Positions 9,253 through 20,300 of a stretch of DNA of 64,000 nt are shown here, piece by piece (the first letter of the stretch is position 1; the number at the start of each line of letters is the position of its first letter). The translations under genes and the position numbers were made by a program. The notes below the pieces were generated by a model that saw only the letters and a program-made list of their open reading frames with translations, made no database searches and was not told the origin of the DNA. This DNA is from Nitrospirota bacterium (GTDB taxonomy: Bacteria; Nitrospirota; Nitrospiria; 2-01-FULL-66-17), in NCBI GenBank assembly GCA_049325335.1, contig JBMOMC010000001.1:500193-564192 (forward strand), given 5' to 3'.

Positions 9253-9768
9253 TTAGGTTGTTCGAAGGTAAACCGCGAGTTTGACTTGGACGTCGAGTTG
9301 CGCGGCCTCTTTATCGCGCGCGCGGGTCAACGACAGACTTTCCACGGCCAAAAACGGGCTGCTGCGCTCCAAATCATTGAGGAAACGCCGCACGTCCGCA
9401 TAGGGACCCGCGACGGAAAACAGCAGCCCAACTTTCTGAAAATCCTGCAGGTCCGCCTTCTCGGGTTGATAGTTGACTTCCGGAAGCTTCACCCCGCGTT
9501 TCTTGGCCAGCGACGACACGGTCGTCACCACCGAGGGCAGATCATCCCGAGCGATCGCGCGCGCGGTCAACGCGGTGACGTCGCCGTACGATCGCTGATA
9601 GTGTTGGTACTGCGCCATGCGTTCGCGCTCCGCCTTCCACGCGGCGTCGTGGCGCTCCGCGGTCCGGAGGTGCGGACTCACCGCGACCGCGTACACGCCC
9701 ACGTCGAGCGCGGCCATGGCCGCCGCTACGATGATGGGCGCGATCAACCGTTTGACGCGCGCCTTCAT
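9253..9768 (-). CDS. pilO: PilO/GspM-like alignment protein
   Basis: TM helix plus 'GPYADVRRFLNDLE' motif; ATGA overlap with pilN. Confidence 0.75.
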   Translation of the reverse strand: MKARVKRLIAPIIVAAAMAALDVGVYAVAVSPHLRTAERHDAAWKAERERMAQYQHYQRSYGDVTALTARAIARDDLPSVVTTVSSLAKKRGVKLPEVNYQPEKADLQDFQKVGLLFSVAGPYADVRRFLNDLERSSPFLAVESLSLTRARDKEAAQLDVQVKLAVYLRTT

Positions 9769-10349
9769 CGCGGTCCGCTCCGATACCGGCACTCGATCAC
9801 GAACTCGGTGCGGTTTTCCTCCGTCGCCCGCTGCTGTTGCAGAAATACGTCGTCGAACCGACCGCTCGTCTGGAGGGCGGTCATTAACGCCGTCACATCT
9901 TGCAAGGTCAGCGCCACGCCGTCGAGCGTCACCTTTTTAGTTTTGAGGTCGGGACGAATGCTGTTGACCGACACATTGCGAGGCACCACGGCTTCCAAAT
10001 CATTCAACAAGGCGGTCCACGAAAACGATTTGGCGTCGAGAATCAGGTTCAACCCCCCGACCTGTTTGATCAAGCGTTGCACCGCGGCGGGATCGTCCGG
10101 CGAAAACCCGGCCTTGCGCAACTCGTCGCGTACGCGCGACGTCTGCCGGCGGACTCGCTCCACATTGTCCTCCAGACCCGCCGCCTCCTCCCGGATCTCG
10201 CCACCCCACCACCACATCCCACCCGCCAGGCCAAGGCCCACCAATGCGAACGCATAGAGCGCGGCCGCGATCACGCGTGTCCGCGCGTACTCTCCGGACG
10301 AGAAGTTTGTCTGAAACGCCTCGGGAACCTGCGACAACGGAGCGGCCAT
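9765..10349 (-). CDS. pilN: PilN-like alignment protein
   Basis: 'SWTALLNDLEAVVPRNVSVNSI...LDGVA' PilN motif. Confidence 0.8.
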   Translation of the reverse strand: MAAPLSQVPEAFQTNFSSGEYARTRVIAAALYAFALVGLGLAGGMWWWGGEIREEAAGLEDNVERVRRQTSRVRDELRKAGFSPDDPAAVQRLIKQVGGLNLILDAKSFSWTALLNDLEAVVPRNVSVNSIRPDLKTKKVTLDGVALTLQDVTALMTALQTSGRFDDVFLQQQRATEENRTEFVIECRYRSGPR

Positions 10350-10355
10350 CGCGGG

Positions 10356-11303
10356 TTATCGCCCCGCGGCCGCGCCGAGCGCGCCGGCTAACACGGCGAA
10401 CGCAGGCGGCGATTCGTCGAGTCCGCTCAGTCCCGACTCGCCGGGACCCAGCGGTTCCACGGTCAGATGGAACCGCTCCGCCAACGCCACGGGCAGCGCC
10501 TCGATCGGCTCCACCGTTGACAGAAAGAGATGGGTCACGCGCGACAGATCCTTTTCTTTTCCGTAGGCGTTGAGCGATAAATCGACTTCGTCCACGATCC
10601 TGGCCGCCGCGTCGGCGCCAATCAACGGGCGACGGGTGCCCTTAACGCGCACGTACGCGGGGCGGCCCCCGTCGAAGATCAGCACCGACAACGCCGCGAG
10701 CGTGATGGTGAGTACGATAAAGTGTTGGTCCGGTCGGGCCGCCTCCGCGATCCGCGCTCGAAACAGGTTGAACCGGTGAAACACGCCCAAGTCCATCACC
10801 TCGGGCTCGAATCCGGCACGGGCCAATGCGCTTTCGTACTGGCTGATGACCGGTTGCGCCACGGCGGAGCCGAGGATACGGATCCCCGCTTGCCCGTCGG
10901 GGCGGCTGAATCGCTGCGAGGTCAACCGCGCCGCCCCCAGTTCCACCGCGAACGCCTTCTCCAGATGCCACCGCACCAGTCGGTCGAATTCATCCGGACG
11001 GGCCGGCGCCGACGCCACATCGAACAACCCCACGCGCGCGACCGGATCGGGAAGCGCCACCGAGACCCGCCCGCCGCGACGCCCGGCCACCGCGCGCAGC
11101 GCGCGGTCAAAAGCCGCTTCATCGACGATGTTGCGCTCGACCGGCGACACCACCAGCATGCCGGAGGCGAGGGGCTCGCTGCGCCGCTCGATCACCACCC
11201 GACGCCGGCCGCTGCCGCGAACCCGCACGAGTGTCACCGCATCCGGTGCCAGGTCGAGCCCGGTTCGGACCCCGTGTCGCCATCCCATAACGCGCTTACT
11301 CAC
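10356..11303 (-). CDS. pilM: PilM-like actin-fold protein
   Basis: 'GLDLAPDAVTLV', 'VSVALPD'; position between pilB and pilN. Confidence 0.75.
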   Translation of the reverse strand: MSKRVMGWRHGVRTGLDLAPDAVTLVRVRGSGRRRVVIERRSEPLASGMLVVSPVERNIVDEAAFDRALRAVAGRRGGRVSVALPDPVARVGLFDVASAPARPDEFDRLVRWHLEKAFAVELGAARLTSQRFSRPDGQAGIRILGSAVAQPVISQYESALARAGFEPEVMDLGVFHRFNLFRARIAEAARPDQHFIVLTITLAALSVLIFDGGRPAYVRVKGTRRPLIGADAAARIVDEVDLSLNAYGKEKDLSRVTHLFLSTVEPIEALPVALAERFHLTVEPLGPGESGLSGLDESPPAFAVLAGALGAAAGR

Positions 11304-13021
11304 TCGATGAACGTGACCCGGTTGATCTCGCGCAGCGTGGTCTCCCCCCGCACGACTTTTTCCACGCCGGCTTGGCGGAGCGAGGTCAGGCCCTCAGCCA
11401 TCGCGGCCTTGCGGAGGTCGGACGACGGACGGCGATCCAGGATCATCTCGCGAATCGTGTCGGACAGATCCAAAAATTCCGTGATCGCCAACCGTCCCTT
11501 AAAGCCCGTGCCGTGACACTCCGGGCACCCGCGCCCCTGAAAGAAGCGCGCGTCGCGGTATTGCTCGAAGTTCAGCCCGGAGGTCTCGCACGCCTCGCGC
11601 GTGACCGGCGCGTCCTCGCGACAGTGCAGGCACAACGCCCGCACCAATCGCTGCGCCAGGATGCAATTGAGCGAGGACACGAAATTATACGGTTCGATGC
11701 CCATGTTCACGAACCGGCCGATCACGTCGAACGCATTGTTCGCGTGCACCGTGGTGAACACCAAGTGCCCGGTTAATGCGGATTGGATCGCGATCTGCGC
11801 GGTCTCCGCGTCGCGGATTTCTCCGACCATGATCTTATCCGGGTCGTGGCGGAGGATCGAACGCAGCCCCTTGGCGAACGTGAGGCCTTTTTTCTCGTTG
11901 ACCGGAATCTGCACCACGCTGCGCAATTGGTACTCGACCGGGTCTTCGATCGTGATGATCTTGTCTTCTTGGTTGTTGATCTCCTCGATCGCGGCGTACA
12001 ACGTGGTGGTTTTGCCGCTGCCGGTGGGACCGGTCACCAACACCATCCCGTAAGGCTCGATGATCGAGCGACGGAAGCGGCGCAAATCATCCGGGTTAAA
12101 CCCCAGGCGGTCCAACCGCAGTTGGTTGACCCCCGCGGTGATGTACTCCTTGTCCAGGATACGAATCACCACGGCTTCGCCGAAGATCCCGGGCAGGATC
12201 GAGACGCGAAAATCCACGGTTTTCTGCTCCATCCGCAGCTTGAACCGGCCGTCCTGCGGCACGCGTTTCTCCGCGATGTCCAGGTCAGACATGATCTTGA
12301 TGCGCGAGATCAGCGGCGCGTGGAACTTCGGGTCCAAGGGCTCCATGGCCGGGTACAACACGCCGTCCACCCGGTATTTGACCATCACGCCGCGGTCCGC
12401 GACTTCGATATGAATGTCGCTCGCGCGCTTCTGCAACGCGTTCAGGACCATGGTGTCCACCAACCGGACCACCGGGCTCGCGTCCTTGGAGATTTTTTCC
12501 ACGGAGAGTACTTCTTCCCCCCGGTCGTCCTCCTTGACCAACACCGGATGAAAATCCGCTTCGATCCGCTTGAGGACTTGCGAGGAGCCTTCGCTGCGTT
12601 TGAGCGTCTCCAAAATTCCGCTGCGGCTGCCGATCCCGAAACGGAGTTCTCGTCGCAACACCAGTTCGAGTTCGTCCAACAACGGCAAGTTGGTGGGGTC
12701 GGCCAACACGATCGTGAGCACACCGTCGCGGTCTTCGTACGGCACGAACGGATACCGGTACATCAATTCCACCGGAATGGTTTTGAAAAAGTCCTGATCC
12801 ACGAAGAATCCATCCAAGCGATAGTATGGGAGCCGCCACTGCTCCGCCAACGCCTTGGCCAATTGCTCCTCGTCGATGACCCCCTGTTCGATGAGCACCG
12901 CACCCAACCAACGTTGCTCGCGCATACTCTTGGCCGCGGCCTCGGCCAACACCTCGGCGTTGACCGTGCCCGCCTCGGTGAGGATGTCGCCCAGTCGTTT
13001 TTTGGAAAGAAACGTCCTCAC
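11300..13021 (-). CDS. pilB: GspE/PilB assembly ATPase with MshEN-like N-terminus
   Basis: GPTGSGKTT, 'LRHDPDKIMVGEIRD', two CxxC; 'KRLGDIL...WLGAVLIEQGVIDEEQLAKALAEQ'. Confidence 0.9.
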   Translation of the reverse strand: MRTFLSKKRLGDILTEAGTVNAEVLAEAAAKSMREQRWLGAVLIEQGVIDEEQLAKALAEQWRLPYYRLDGFFVDQDFFKTIPVELMYRYPFVPYEDRDGVLTIVLADPTNLPLLDELELVLRRELRFGIGSRSGILETLKRSEGSSQVLKRIEADFHPVLVKEDDRGEEVLSVEKISKDASPVVRLVDTMVLNALQKRASDIHIEVADRGVMVKYRVDGVLYPAMEPLDPKFHAPLISRIKIMSDLDIAEKRVPQDGRFKLRMEQKTVDFRVSILPGIFGEAVVIRILDKEYITAGVNQLRLDRLGFNPDDLRRFRRSIIEPYGMVLVTGPTGSGKTTTLYAAIEEINNQEDKIITIEDPVEYQLRSVVQIPVNEKKGLTFAKGLRSILRHDPDKIMVGEIRDAETAQIAIQSALTGHLVFTTVHANNAFDVIGRFVNMGIEPYNFVSSLNCILAQRLVRALCLHCREDAPVTREACETSGLNFEQYRDARFFQGRGCPECHGTGFKGRLAITEFLDLSDTIREMILDRRPSSDLRKAAMAEGLTSLRQAGVEKVVRGETTLREINRVTFIE

Positions 13022-14232
13022 TTGATCGTCCCCGCCAGATTAAAGATCGGTAAATACATGGTGATCACCACCACGGCGACCAACACGCCCATGGTCAACA
13101 ACATCGCGGGCTCGATCCAGGTGGTGATCCGGGTCAACGCGCGGTCCAATTCTTCTTCGTGAAAGTCCGCCACTTGATTGAGCATTTCCTCCAGCGCGCC
13201 CGTAGCCTCCCCCACTTCGATCATTTCCAACGTCATCCGCGGCATGAACCCGTCCACGGCGAACGCCGCGGCCAGGCCCGACCCGGTCTTGACGCGTTCG
13301 ATCACCCGCGACACGAGGGCCGACACCTCGCGGTTGGGCGTGGAGTCCGCCACCATCCGCAGCGCGGCCACCAGCGGAATCCCGCCCGCCACGATGGTCG
13401 CGAGCGTCCGCGCGATGCTGATAGTGTAGTGCGTGCGCACAATCGCCCCGGCCACCGGGGTGCGCAGCCACCAGGCGTCGGCCGTTCGGCGTCCCGACTC
13501 TGTCCCGCGCCACAGTCGAAACGCGATCACGGCCGCCGCCAGTCCGGCCGCCACGGCCCAGGCCCAGCGGCTTAGGAATGTCACGACGGCCATGAGCCAT
13601 CTGGTCGCGGTCGGCAGTTCGGCTTTGGCCTCGCGATAGACGTCGAGAAACGTCGGCATGACGAACATCAACAGGAATGCGATCACCGCCGCTCCGGCCG
13701 TGAGCAGGAAGGCGGGGTACGACAGCGCGCCCACGACTTTCTTGCGCACCGCCAAGACGCGCTTCATGAACACCTGATACCGAACCAGCATTTCCACCAC
13801 GTTCCCGCTGCGTTCGCCGGCCCGAAGCGACGCCACGTAGAGTTCGGAAAACTGTCGCGGGTGATTCGCCAGGGCGTCGGCCAATGCGGAGCCGCCGCGC
13901 ACGCGCTCGCGTACGTCGGCCAACACGTCCCGAAACGCGACGTGGCCGCTGCGCGCGGCCAACAGATCCAGGGCGCGCAGAATCGGCAATCCGGCTTTGA
14001 TCAGGACCAACAGTTCTTGGTTAAAGACCAGGAATTCCTGCGGCGACATCCGCCGCGACAGGCCGCCCCATCCGGCCGACCACGTTGTGAACGCGCCGGT
14101 GGGTTTGATGGCGAACACCACCACCCCGCGGCGCTCAAGCCGGCTCTTGGCGTCGGCTTCGTCCGCCGCCTCCAGCCGCTCCTCCAACACGGTGCCGTCG
14201 GCTTTGGCGATTCGACAGACGAAGGTCGGCAT
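13018..14232 (-). CDS. pilC: T2SS-F/PilC platform protein
   Basis: 'FNQELLVLIKAGLP', 'AGERSGN', 'GEATGALEEML', 'IEPAML..MYLPIF'. Confidence 0.88.
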   Translation of the reverse strand: MPTFVCRIAKADGTVLEERLEAADEADAKSRLERRGVVVFAIKPTGAFTTWSAGWGGLSRRMSPQEFLVFNQELLVLIKAGLPILRALDLLAARSGHVAFRDVLADVRERVRGGSALADALANHPRQFSELYVASLRAGERSGNVVEMLVRYQVFMKRVLAVRKKVVGALSYPAFLLTAGAAVIAFLLMFVMPTFLDVYREAKAELPTATRWLMAVVTFLSRWAWAVAAGLAAAVIAFRLWRGTESGRRTADAWWLRTPVAGAIVRTHYTISIARTLATIVAGGIPLVAALRMVADSTPNREVSALVSRVIERVKTGSGLAAAFAVDGFMPRMTLEMIEVGEATGALEEMLNQVADFHEEELDRALTRITTWIEPAMLLTMGVLVAVVVITMYLPIFNLAGTIK

Positions 14233-14467
14233 CACCACGCTGGGCGGGCGTCAGCGCCGCGTCCTGCTCGCGAAGCAACCGAATGAGTGGGCAACCGCAC
14301 GTCCTTTACGCCGTGAAGCCTTCCGGCCGCGCGCGGCTGGAAGGCTTCAGCGACCGGTGTATTCACGCTACGGTCAGTATAGGAGATGGGGTACGCGATT
14401 GCAAGATAACCGCGCGCCGGCGCCGCGATCGTATCCCGGAACCGTCAGCGCACCCGGGAGCCCCGGA

Positions 14468-15268
14468 TCACCCGGTTTCCGCCGCTTTAGCGCGCTCCCA
14501 CAACCGATCCAACTCCGTGGCGGATAACTCGGCGAGGGGACGACCGGCCGCGCGTTCCATGTGGGCAAAACGGGAGGCAAAACGGCCGATGCTCCCCCGC
14601 AACGACGACTCGGGGTCCAGGTTCAACCGACGGGCCAGGTTCACCACGGTAAACAACACGTCGCCCAACTCGTGCGAGATCCGATCGCGATCCCCGGCCG
14701 TGAGCGCCTCGCGCAGCTCCGCGATTTCTTCGTCGAGTTTTCCCACCACGTCGTCGGTGTTGGCCCAATCAAACCCCACGCGCGCGGCCCGCGTCTGCGC
14801 GTGTTGCGCTTTGGCCAAGGCCGGCAGTCCCTTGGGCGCGCCGTCGAGCAACGACGCCCCGCGCGGCGGTTTCCCCTCGCGCTGCTTGATCTCATCCCAT
14901 TGGCCCACCACGTCGTCCGCGGTGCGCGCCCGCGCGGCGGCGGGGTCGAACACGTGCGGATGACGGCGAACCAGTTTGTCCGCGCACGAGCGAAACACTT
15001 CATCCAGCGTAAACGCCCCGGATTCGGCCGCGAGCTGCGCGTGGAACGCGATCTGCAGCGCCACGTCGCCCAACTCTTCTTTCAGCGCCTCGGGCGCGCC
15101 GTGGGCAATGGCATCCACCGTCTCGTAGGTCTCTTCGATCAGGTACGGCACCAGCGACTGGTGCGTTTGCTCGCGGTCCCACGGACAGCCGCCGGGCGCG
15201 CGCAACGCGGCCATGATCTCGGCCACGCGTCGACAGCCGCACGGTTCCTGATGGGAGGATTCGCTCAT
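14468..15268 (-). CDS. mazG: Nucleoside triphosphate pyrophosphohydrolase MazG
   Basis: 'GCPWDREQTH', 'EETYE', 'EELGD', 'RRHPHVF', second 'ELGDVLF' domain. Confidence 0.93.
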   Translation of the reverse strand: MSESSHQEPCGCRRVAEIMAALRAPGGCPWDREQTHQSLVPYLIEETYETVDAIAHGAPEALKEELGDVALQIAFHAQLAAESGAFTLDEVFRSCADKLVRRHPHVFDPAAARARTADDVVGQWDEIKQREGKPPRGASLLDGAPKGLPALAKAQHAQTRAARVGFDWANTDDVVGKLDEEIAELREALTAGDRDRISHELGDVLFTVVNLARRLNLDPESSLRGSIGRFASRFAHMERAAGRPLAELSATELDRLWERAKAAETG

Positions 15269-15303
15269 GCCGCGTGCTTCTACCACGTTGCCCCCCCTCC
15301 CCG

Positions 15304-17223
15304 TCAATCGTAATTCAAATCCCGTTTCTCGAACGGCGCCGCCGGCTTTTTCCCGAGAATGCGATGGAGCACCGAATTCATCGTGTAGGGGTCGTTGTCG
15401 AATCCGCCGTGCGTGTCGGAGGCGGATTCGGACCCCGGCGTCCCCGTGGTGCTCGATTCGATCACGTCGCCGAATGCCGCCCGCCGCAATCCTGGGTCTT
15501 TCTTGAAAAAACACTTCATGCCGAGCAACGGGGTGCCGCGTTGATCTTCCAACGCATTCGACACCAACCAGAGCAATGACCGACCGTACGGACCGACACT
15601 GTCATCCAGCTCCTGCTGCTCGCTTAACAAATACAACGTCGCACGGGGACACCGCTGTTCCCTGACCGGCTTAAGCACGCAGTCTTTGAATTCGTCGATC
15701 CGCACCGCGGGCGCGAAGAACTGCAGCGTCTTGAACGGGATGCCCAGCGAACTCAGGTGCTCCACGGCATGCGCGAACAAGATACTGCCGGCGCTATGCG
15801 CCACGACGTGCAACTCCCACTGCTGTCGCTCCGCCTCGCTGACTTGCGCGAGCGCCGCCAGCGCGTGTTTTTTCATCAATTCAACGGCGCCGATGCCACG
15901 ACGGTGAGCGGACGCCCGCCACGCGTTTTCCTTCATCTCGCCCCACATCTTTTTCCCGATCGGCGCAGATGACAATTCCAACATGAGGTCCTTGGCGTTC
16001 TTCATGCCGTCCAGAAGTCCGCCCCGCGCGCGTTGATCCGCGCTCGTGAACAGATCCGCGATGGAACTCTTGAGCGTCTCCAGCGCCCCAGTCTCCCACA
16101 TCAGATGGAGGGGGTAGACGCCGTTGGCCAAACACTTGTCCCGAAAGGCCACCACCCGCTTGGCCACCGCGTCCTCGCTGTTCAGCCCGCCGTGCAGATA
16201 CAGCAGGACCCGCTTCTTGCTCCATCGGCGCGCGGCCGCGGTTTGAGGAATCGTCTCGATGAATAGGCGTTGCAGATCGCTTTCACTCGTCCAATAATCG
16301 CCCGACTGCGACAGCTCGCCGTTATTCCCGACATCCACCACATAGGGCCGTACCTCGGACAGGGGGATGGTGTTGCGCCCGCGGAACCGGCCGGCCGTGG
16401 TGTCGGCCGCGCCTTCCCGCCCCCACAGATCCACGCTGAGCGGAACCCCGACTTGCGCGACCCAGACATCGGTCGTGTGTAGGATAAAGTCCTCATAGGG
16501 GACCACGGCGAAGCCGCCGGCTCCCCATCCAGAGCCCCACGAATTCTGCACGATAAAACCATCACGGGTATACCCGACCAAAGCAATGGCATGCCCGGAA
16601 TTTGCCTGCCCGATCCGTTTGATAACCGGGAGGGTGCGCGCCCCGCGGCCCGTCCCGGCCTTGACCGTGACTCTGCCTGGACTGTCCCACCCATCGTGCA
16701 CCATCATCGTGCAGTACACCGCACCGGTCTCGTGAATCGCGGCGTGGACGTCGCGCACTTCCCGGTGTTTGATCCGGTAGTACGCGCCGCATGGGGTATC
16801 GAGCGCCGCTCGGCTGATCCCCGCGTCAAGCGTTCCGCGACCGCGTGTCTGGTTGGGCCACACCGACGATTCACACACCCCGTGGCGCGCCCACCCCTTC
16901 ATGGCTCCGCGGGCCGAGGACCCTTCGTACTTCTCCCCGGGCCACTCGTCGTAACAGCGGGCCATTTCATACAACATCCGCGGACTCACCGCGCGCCGGA
17001 CGCCCCGTTGGTGCAAGAGATAATTGATAACGGCCGCGAGCGCAAACCCCGTGCACGCCCCTTCCTGACCTTGGTCCAGGATCGCCGGGACCTTGTGACA
17101 ATTCACGATGGCGTCCGGGAGCGCGGCGAGCGTGGGCGTATACGACCAATCCCGCAGATCAATCCGATCGGGAAACGCATCCAGCGTCCGTTTGCCGCTC
17201 AGAACAGATCGTTTGGCAGCCAT
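15304..17223 (-). CDS. Papain-family (C1) cysteine peptidase fused to C-terminal alpha/beta-hydrolase-like domain
   Basis: DQGQEGAC, GHAIALVGY, QNSWG catalytic motifs; C-terminal LHGGLN and AHSAG nucleophile elbow; GGAGG RBS before ATG 17223. Confidence 0.8.
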   Translation of the reverse strand: MAAKRSVLSGKRTLDAFPDRIDLRDWSYTPTLAALPDAIVNCHKVPAILDQGQEGACTGFALAAVINYLLHQRGVRRAVSPRMLYEMARCYDEWPGEKYEGSSARGAMKGWARHGVCESSVWPNQTRGRGTLDAGISRAALDTPCGAYYRIKHREVRDVHAAIHETGAVYCTMMVHDGWDSPGRVTVKAGTGRGARTLPVIKRIGQANSGHAIALVGYTRDGFIVQNSWGSGWGAGGFAVVPYEDFILHTTDVWVAQVGVPLSVDLWGREGAADTTAGRFRGRNTIPLSEVRPYVVDVGNNGELSQSGDYWTSESDLQRLFIETIPQTAAARRWSKKRVLLYLHGGLNSEDAVAKRVVAFRDKCLANGVYPLHLMWETGALETLKSSIADLFTSADQRARGGLLDGMKNAKDLMLELSSAPIGKKMWGEMKENAWRASAHRRGIGAVELMKKHALAALAQVSEAERQQWELHVVAHSAGSILFAHAVEHLSSLGIPFKTLQFFAPAVRIDEFKDCVLKPVREQRCPRATLYLLSEQQELDDSVGPYGRSLLWLVSNALEDQRGTPLLGMKCFFKKDPGLRRAAFGDVIESSTTGTPGSESASDTHGGFDNDPYTMNSVLHRILGKKPAAPFEKRDLNYD

Positions 17224-17331
17224 CGTGTCCCTCCTCGAGGTAAGCATTCGCCGGTGATTCGCGGCGTGACGACGTTTTCCCTGAACCGAGATCCCGCGCG
17301 CAGGCCCACGGACATCGGTCTGCGACACGAC

Positions 17332-20300
17332 TTAGGTTTGCACGCCCACGCCGGCGCCCTCGCCGTTGCCGGCCAGCGTGCGCACCTCGATATCCTGGTC
17401 GACCGGTTCACCCGGTCCGGTTCGGCGCCGCGAAAGTACGGTATACGCGGTGGGGATCACGAACAGGGTGAGCAGCGTGCCCAATAGGAGCCCGCCCACG
17501 ATCACCCAGCCGATTTGCTGACGGCTCTCCCCGCCCGCGCCGTGCGCCAGGGCCAATGGGACCGAGCCCAGGATCATGGCTGCGGTGGTCATGAGAATGG
17601 GGCGCAATCGCAACGACGCGGCTTCGATGACGGCTTCGCGCACCGCGCGGCCGCGGTCCTGGAGTTGATTGGCGAACTCCACGATCAAAATGCCGTTCTT
17701 GGCGATCAAGCCCACCAGCATGACCATGCCGATCTGGCTGTACACGTTCAACGTGTTGCCGGTGAGTTTGAGCGACAGCAACGCGCCGGCCACGGCTAAC
17801 GGGACCGACAGCATGATGATGAACGGGTCGATAAAACTCTCGAATTGCGCGGCCAACACCAGGTACAGAAAAATCAGCGCCAAGGCAAACGCCACGTACA
17901 TGCTGGCGCCGGATTCCTTAAATTCCCGTGACTGGCCGTCCAGCGCGGTCTGCGAGCCCGGAGGGAGGACGTCCCTGGCCGCCTGATCCAGGAACGCGAG
18001 CGCATCGCCCAAGGCCACGCCGGGGGCGAGGTTGGCGGTGATGGTTGCGGCCCGCAGCCGGTTGAAGTGGTTGAGTTCCTTGGGCGCCACGGTTTCATCC
18101 ACCCGCACCAGATTGGCCAACTGCACGAGCCGATCGTCGTTGCCTCGGACGTAGATCGCGGTCAAGTCCTCCGGTGTGGTGCGGTCCTTGTCCGCGACCT
18201 TGACGATGACGTCGTACTGTTCCCCCTCGCGTTTGAACCGCGTGACCTGCCGCCCTCCGAGCAGGGTCTCCAAGGTCCGGCCCACGGTTTCCACTTCCAC
18301 GCCCACGTCCGAGGTCTTGTCGCGATCCACATGAACCGCGAACTGCGGCTTATTGAGTTTGAGATCGGTGTCCGCGTTGATCAACCCCGGGAATTCGCGC
18401 ACCTTGGCCATTAACGTCTCGACCATGGTTTGGAGCTCGGGATACGTGTTGCCTTGCACCACGAACATGACCGGCGGGTTGCGAAAACTCTGCCCCAACG
18501 ACGGCGGATTGATGGCGAACGCGAGCACGCCCGGCAGCCCGAACATCTTGGGCATTAACTCGCCCACGATCGCCTGTTGTTTGCGCTCACGCTCCGACCA
18601 CGGCTTGAGGCTCACGAACGAAAGCGCGGATGTCACGGGGTTGGGTCGCTCCAAGCCCGGAGCCACCACCATAAAGAAGGTCCTGATTTCCGGCACCTGA
18701 CTGTACAAGGTTTCCACGCGCCGCGCGTAGCCGTCGGTGTACGCCATGGTCGCGCCTTCGGGCGCGAGCAGCACGCCGATAATGGTGCCGCGATCCTCCA
18801 ACGGCGAAAGTTCGGCTTTTAAGGTCATGAACAGCAGCACGATCGACCCGGCCGCGACAAGCCCCAGCCCCACCACGACCCCGCGCCGATCCAGCGAGCG
18901 GGTCAACAGGCCGCGGTACCCGGCGTTGAGCCGCTCGAGGCCCCGTTCGATCATGCCGTACACGCGCCCGTGTTGGCGTTCATGGCGCAGGAGTTTGGCG
19001 CACATCATGGGCGTCAAGGTCAGTGCCACGAATCCCGACACCACCACCGCGGCCGACACCGTCAACGCGAATTCACGGAACAAACGCCCGGTGGTGCCGG
19101 TCATGAACGCCACCGGCACGAACACCGCGGCCACCGTGACGGTCATGGCGAGCACCGCGAATGCGATTTCGCGGCTGCCCTCCACCGCGGCCTGCCACGG
19201 CGCCATGCCGCGTTCGATGCGACGGTAAATATTCTCCAACATCACGATGGCATCGTCCACCACCAGCCCGATCGCCAGCACCAGGGCCAGCAACGTGAGC
19301 ACGTTGACGCTGAAGCCCAGGGCGTACACGAAGATGAAGGCACCGACCAATGAAACCGGGATGGTCACGAACGGAATCAACGTGGCGCGGGCCGACCGCA
19401 AAAAATAAAAAATTACCAGCACCACCAGCGCCAGGGCCTCGGCCAGAGCCTCGAACACGGACTGGATCGACTCATCGATGAAAATCGAACTGTCAAAGCC
19501 GATCTGCAACGTCATGCCCTCGGGCAGCGCGGCCCGCAGACCCGGCAGTTCAGCCTTGACCCCCTTAGCCACCGCCAGGGTGTTGGCGTTGGACTGTTTG
19601 ACCACGCCCAACCCCACCGCGGGATTGCCGTTGACCCGCACCGCGTTGCGATCATCCGCCGCGCCCAGTTCGGCGTACCCGACATCGCGCAATCGCACCG
19701 GGTAGTGATTGACCTGACGGATGATCAGGTTGTTGAACTCCTCCGGCGTGCGCAGATCGGTTTCGGTCAATACCGTAAATTCGCGCTGGCGGCTCTCGAT
19801 GCGGCCGGAGGGCACCTGCACGTTCTGGCGGCGCAACGCGGTTTCCACCTCTTGCGGGGTCAGGCCGTACGCGGCCAAGCGTTCGCGATCCAGCCACAAC
19901 CGCATGGCGTAGCGCCGTTCTCCCCCGATGATCACGCTCGCCACGCCCGGCAGGGTCTGCAATCGGTCGCGGACCACGCGGTCCGCGTAATCGGTGATCT
20001 CCAAGGGAGAATGGCGGTCGCTGGAGAACGCCACCCAGATCACGGGGAATGCGTCGGCTTCGACTTTGGCGATCACGGGCTCGTCGGCTTCCTCAGGCAG
20101 CCGCCCGCGCGCGCGGGCGACCCGATCGCGCACGTCGTTGGCCGCGACGTCGATGTCGCGTTCCAGGGTAAACTCCACCGTGATCTGGCTGACCTCTTCC
20201 CGGCTCACGGATTTGATGGTCCGGATGCCTTCGATCCCGGCAAGGGAATCTTCCAACGGCTGCGAAATCTGGCTTTCCACCACTTCCGCGCTGGCGCCGA

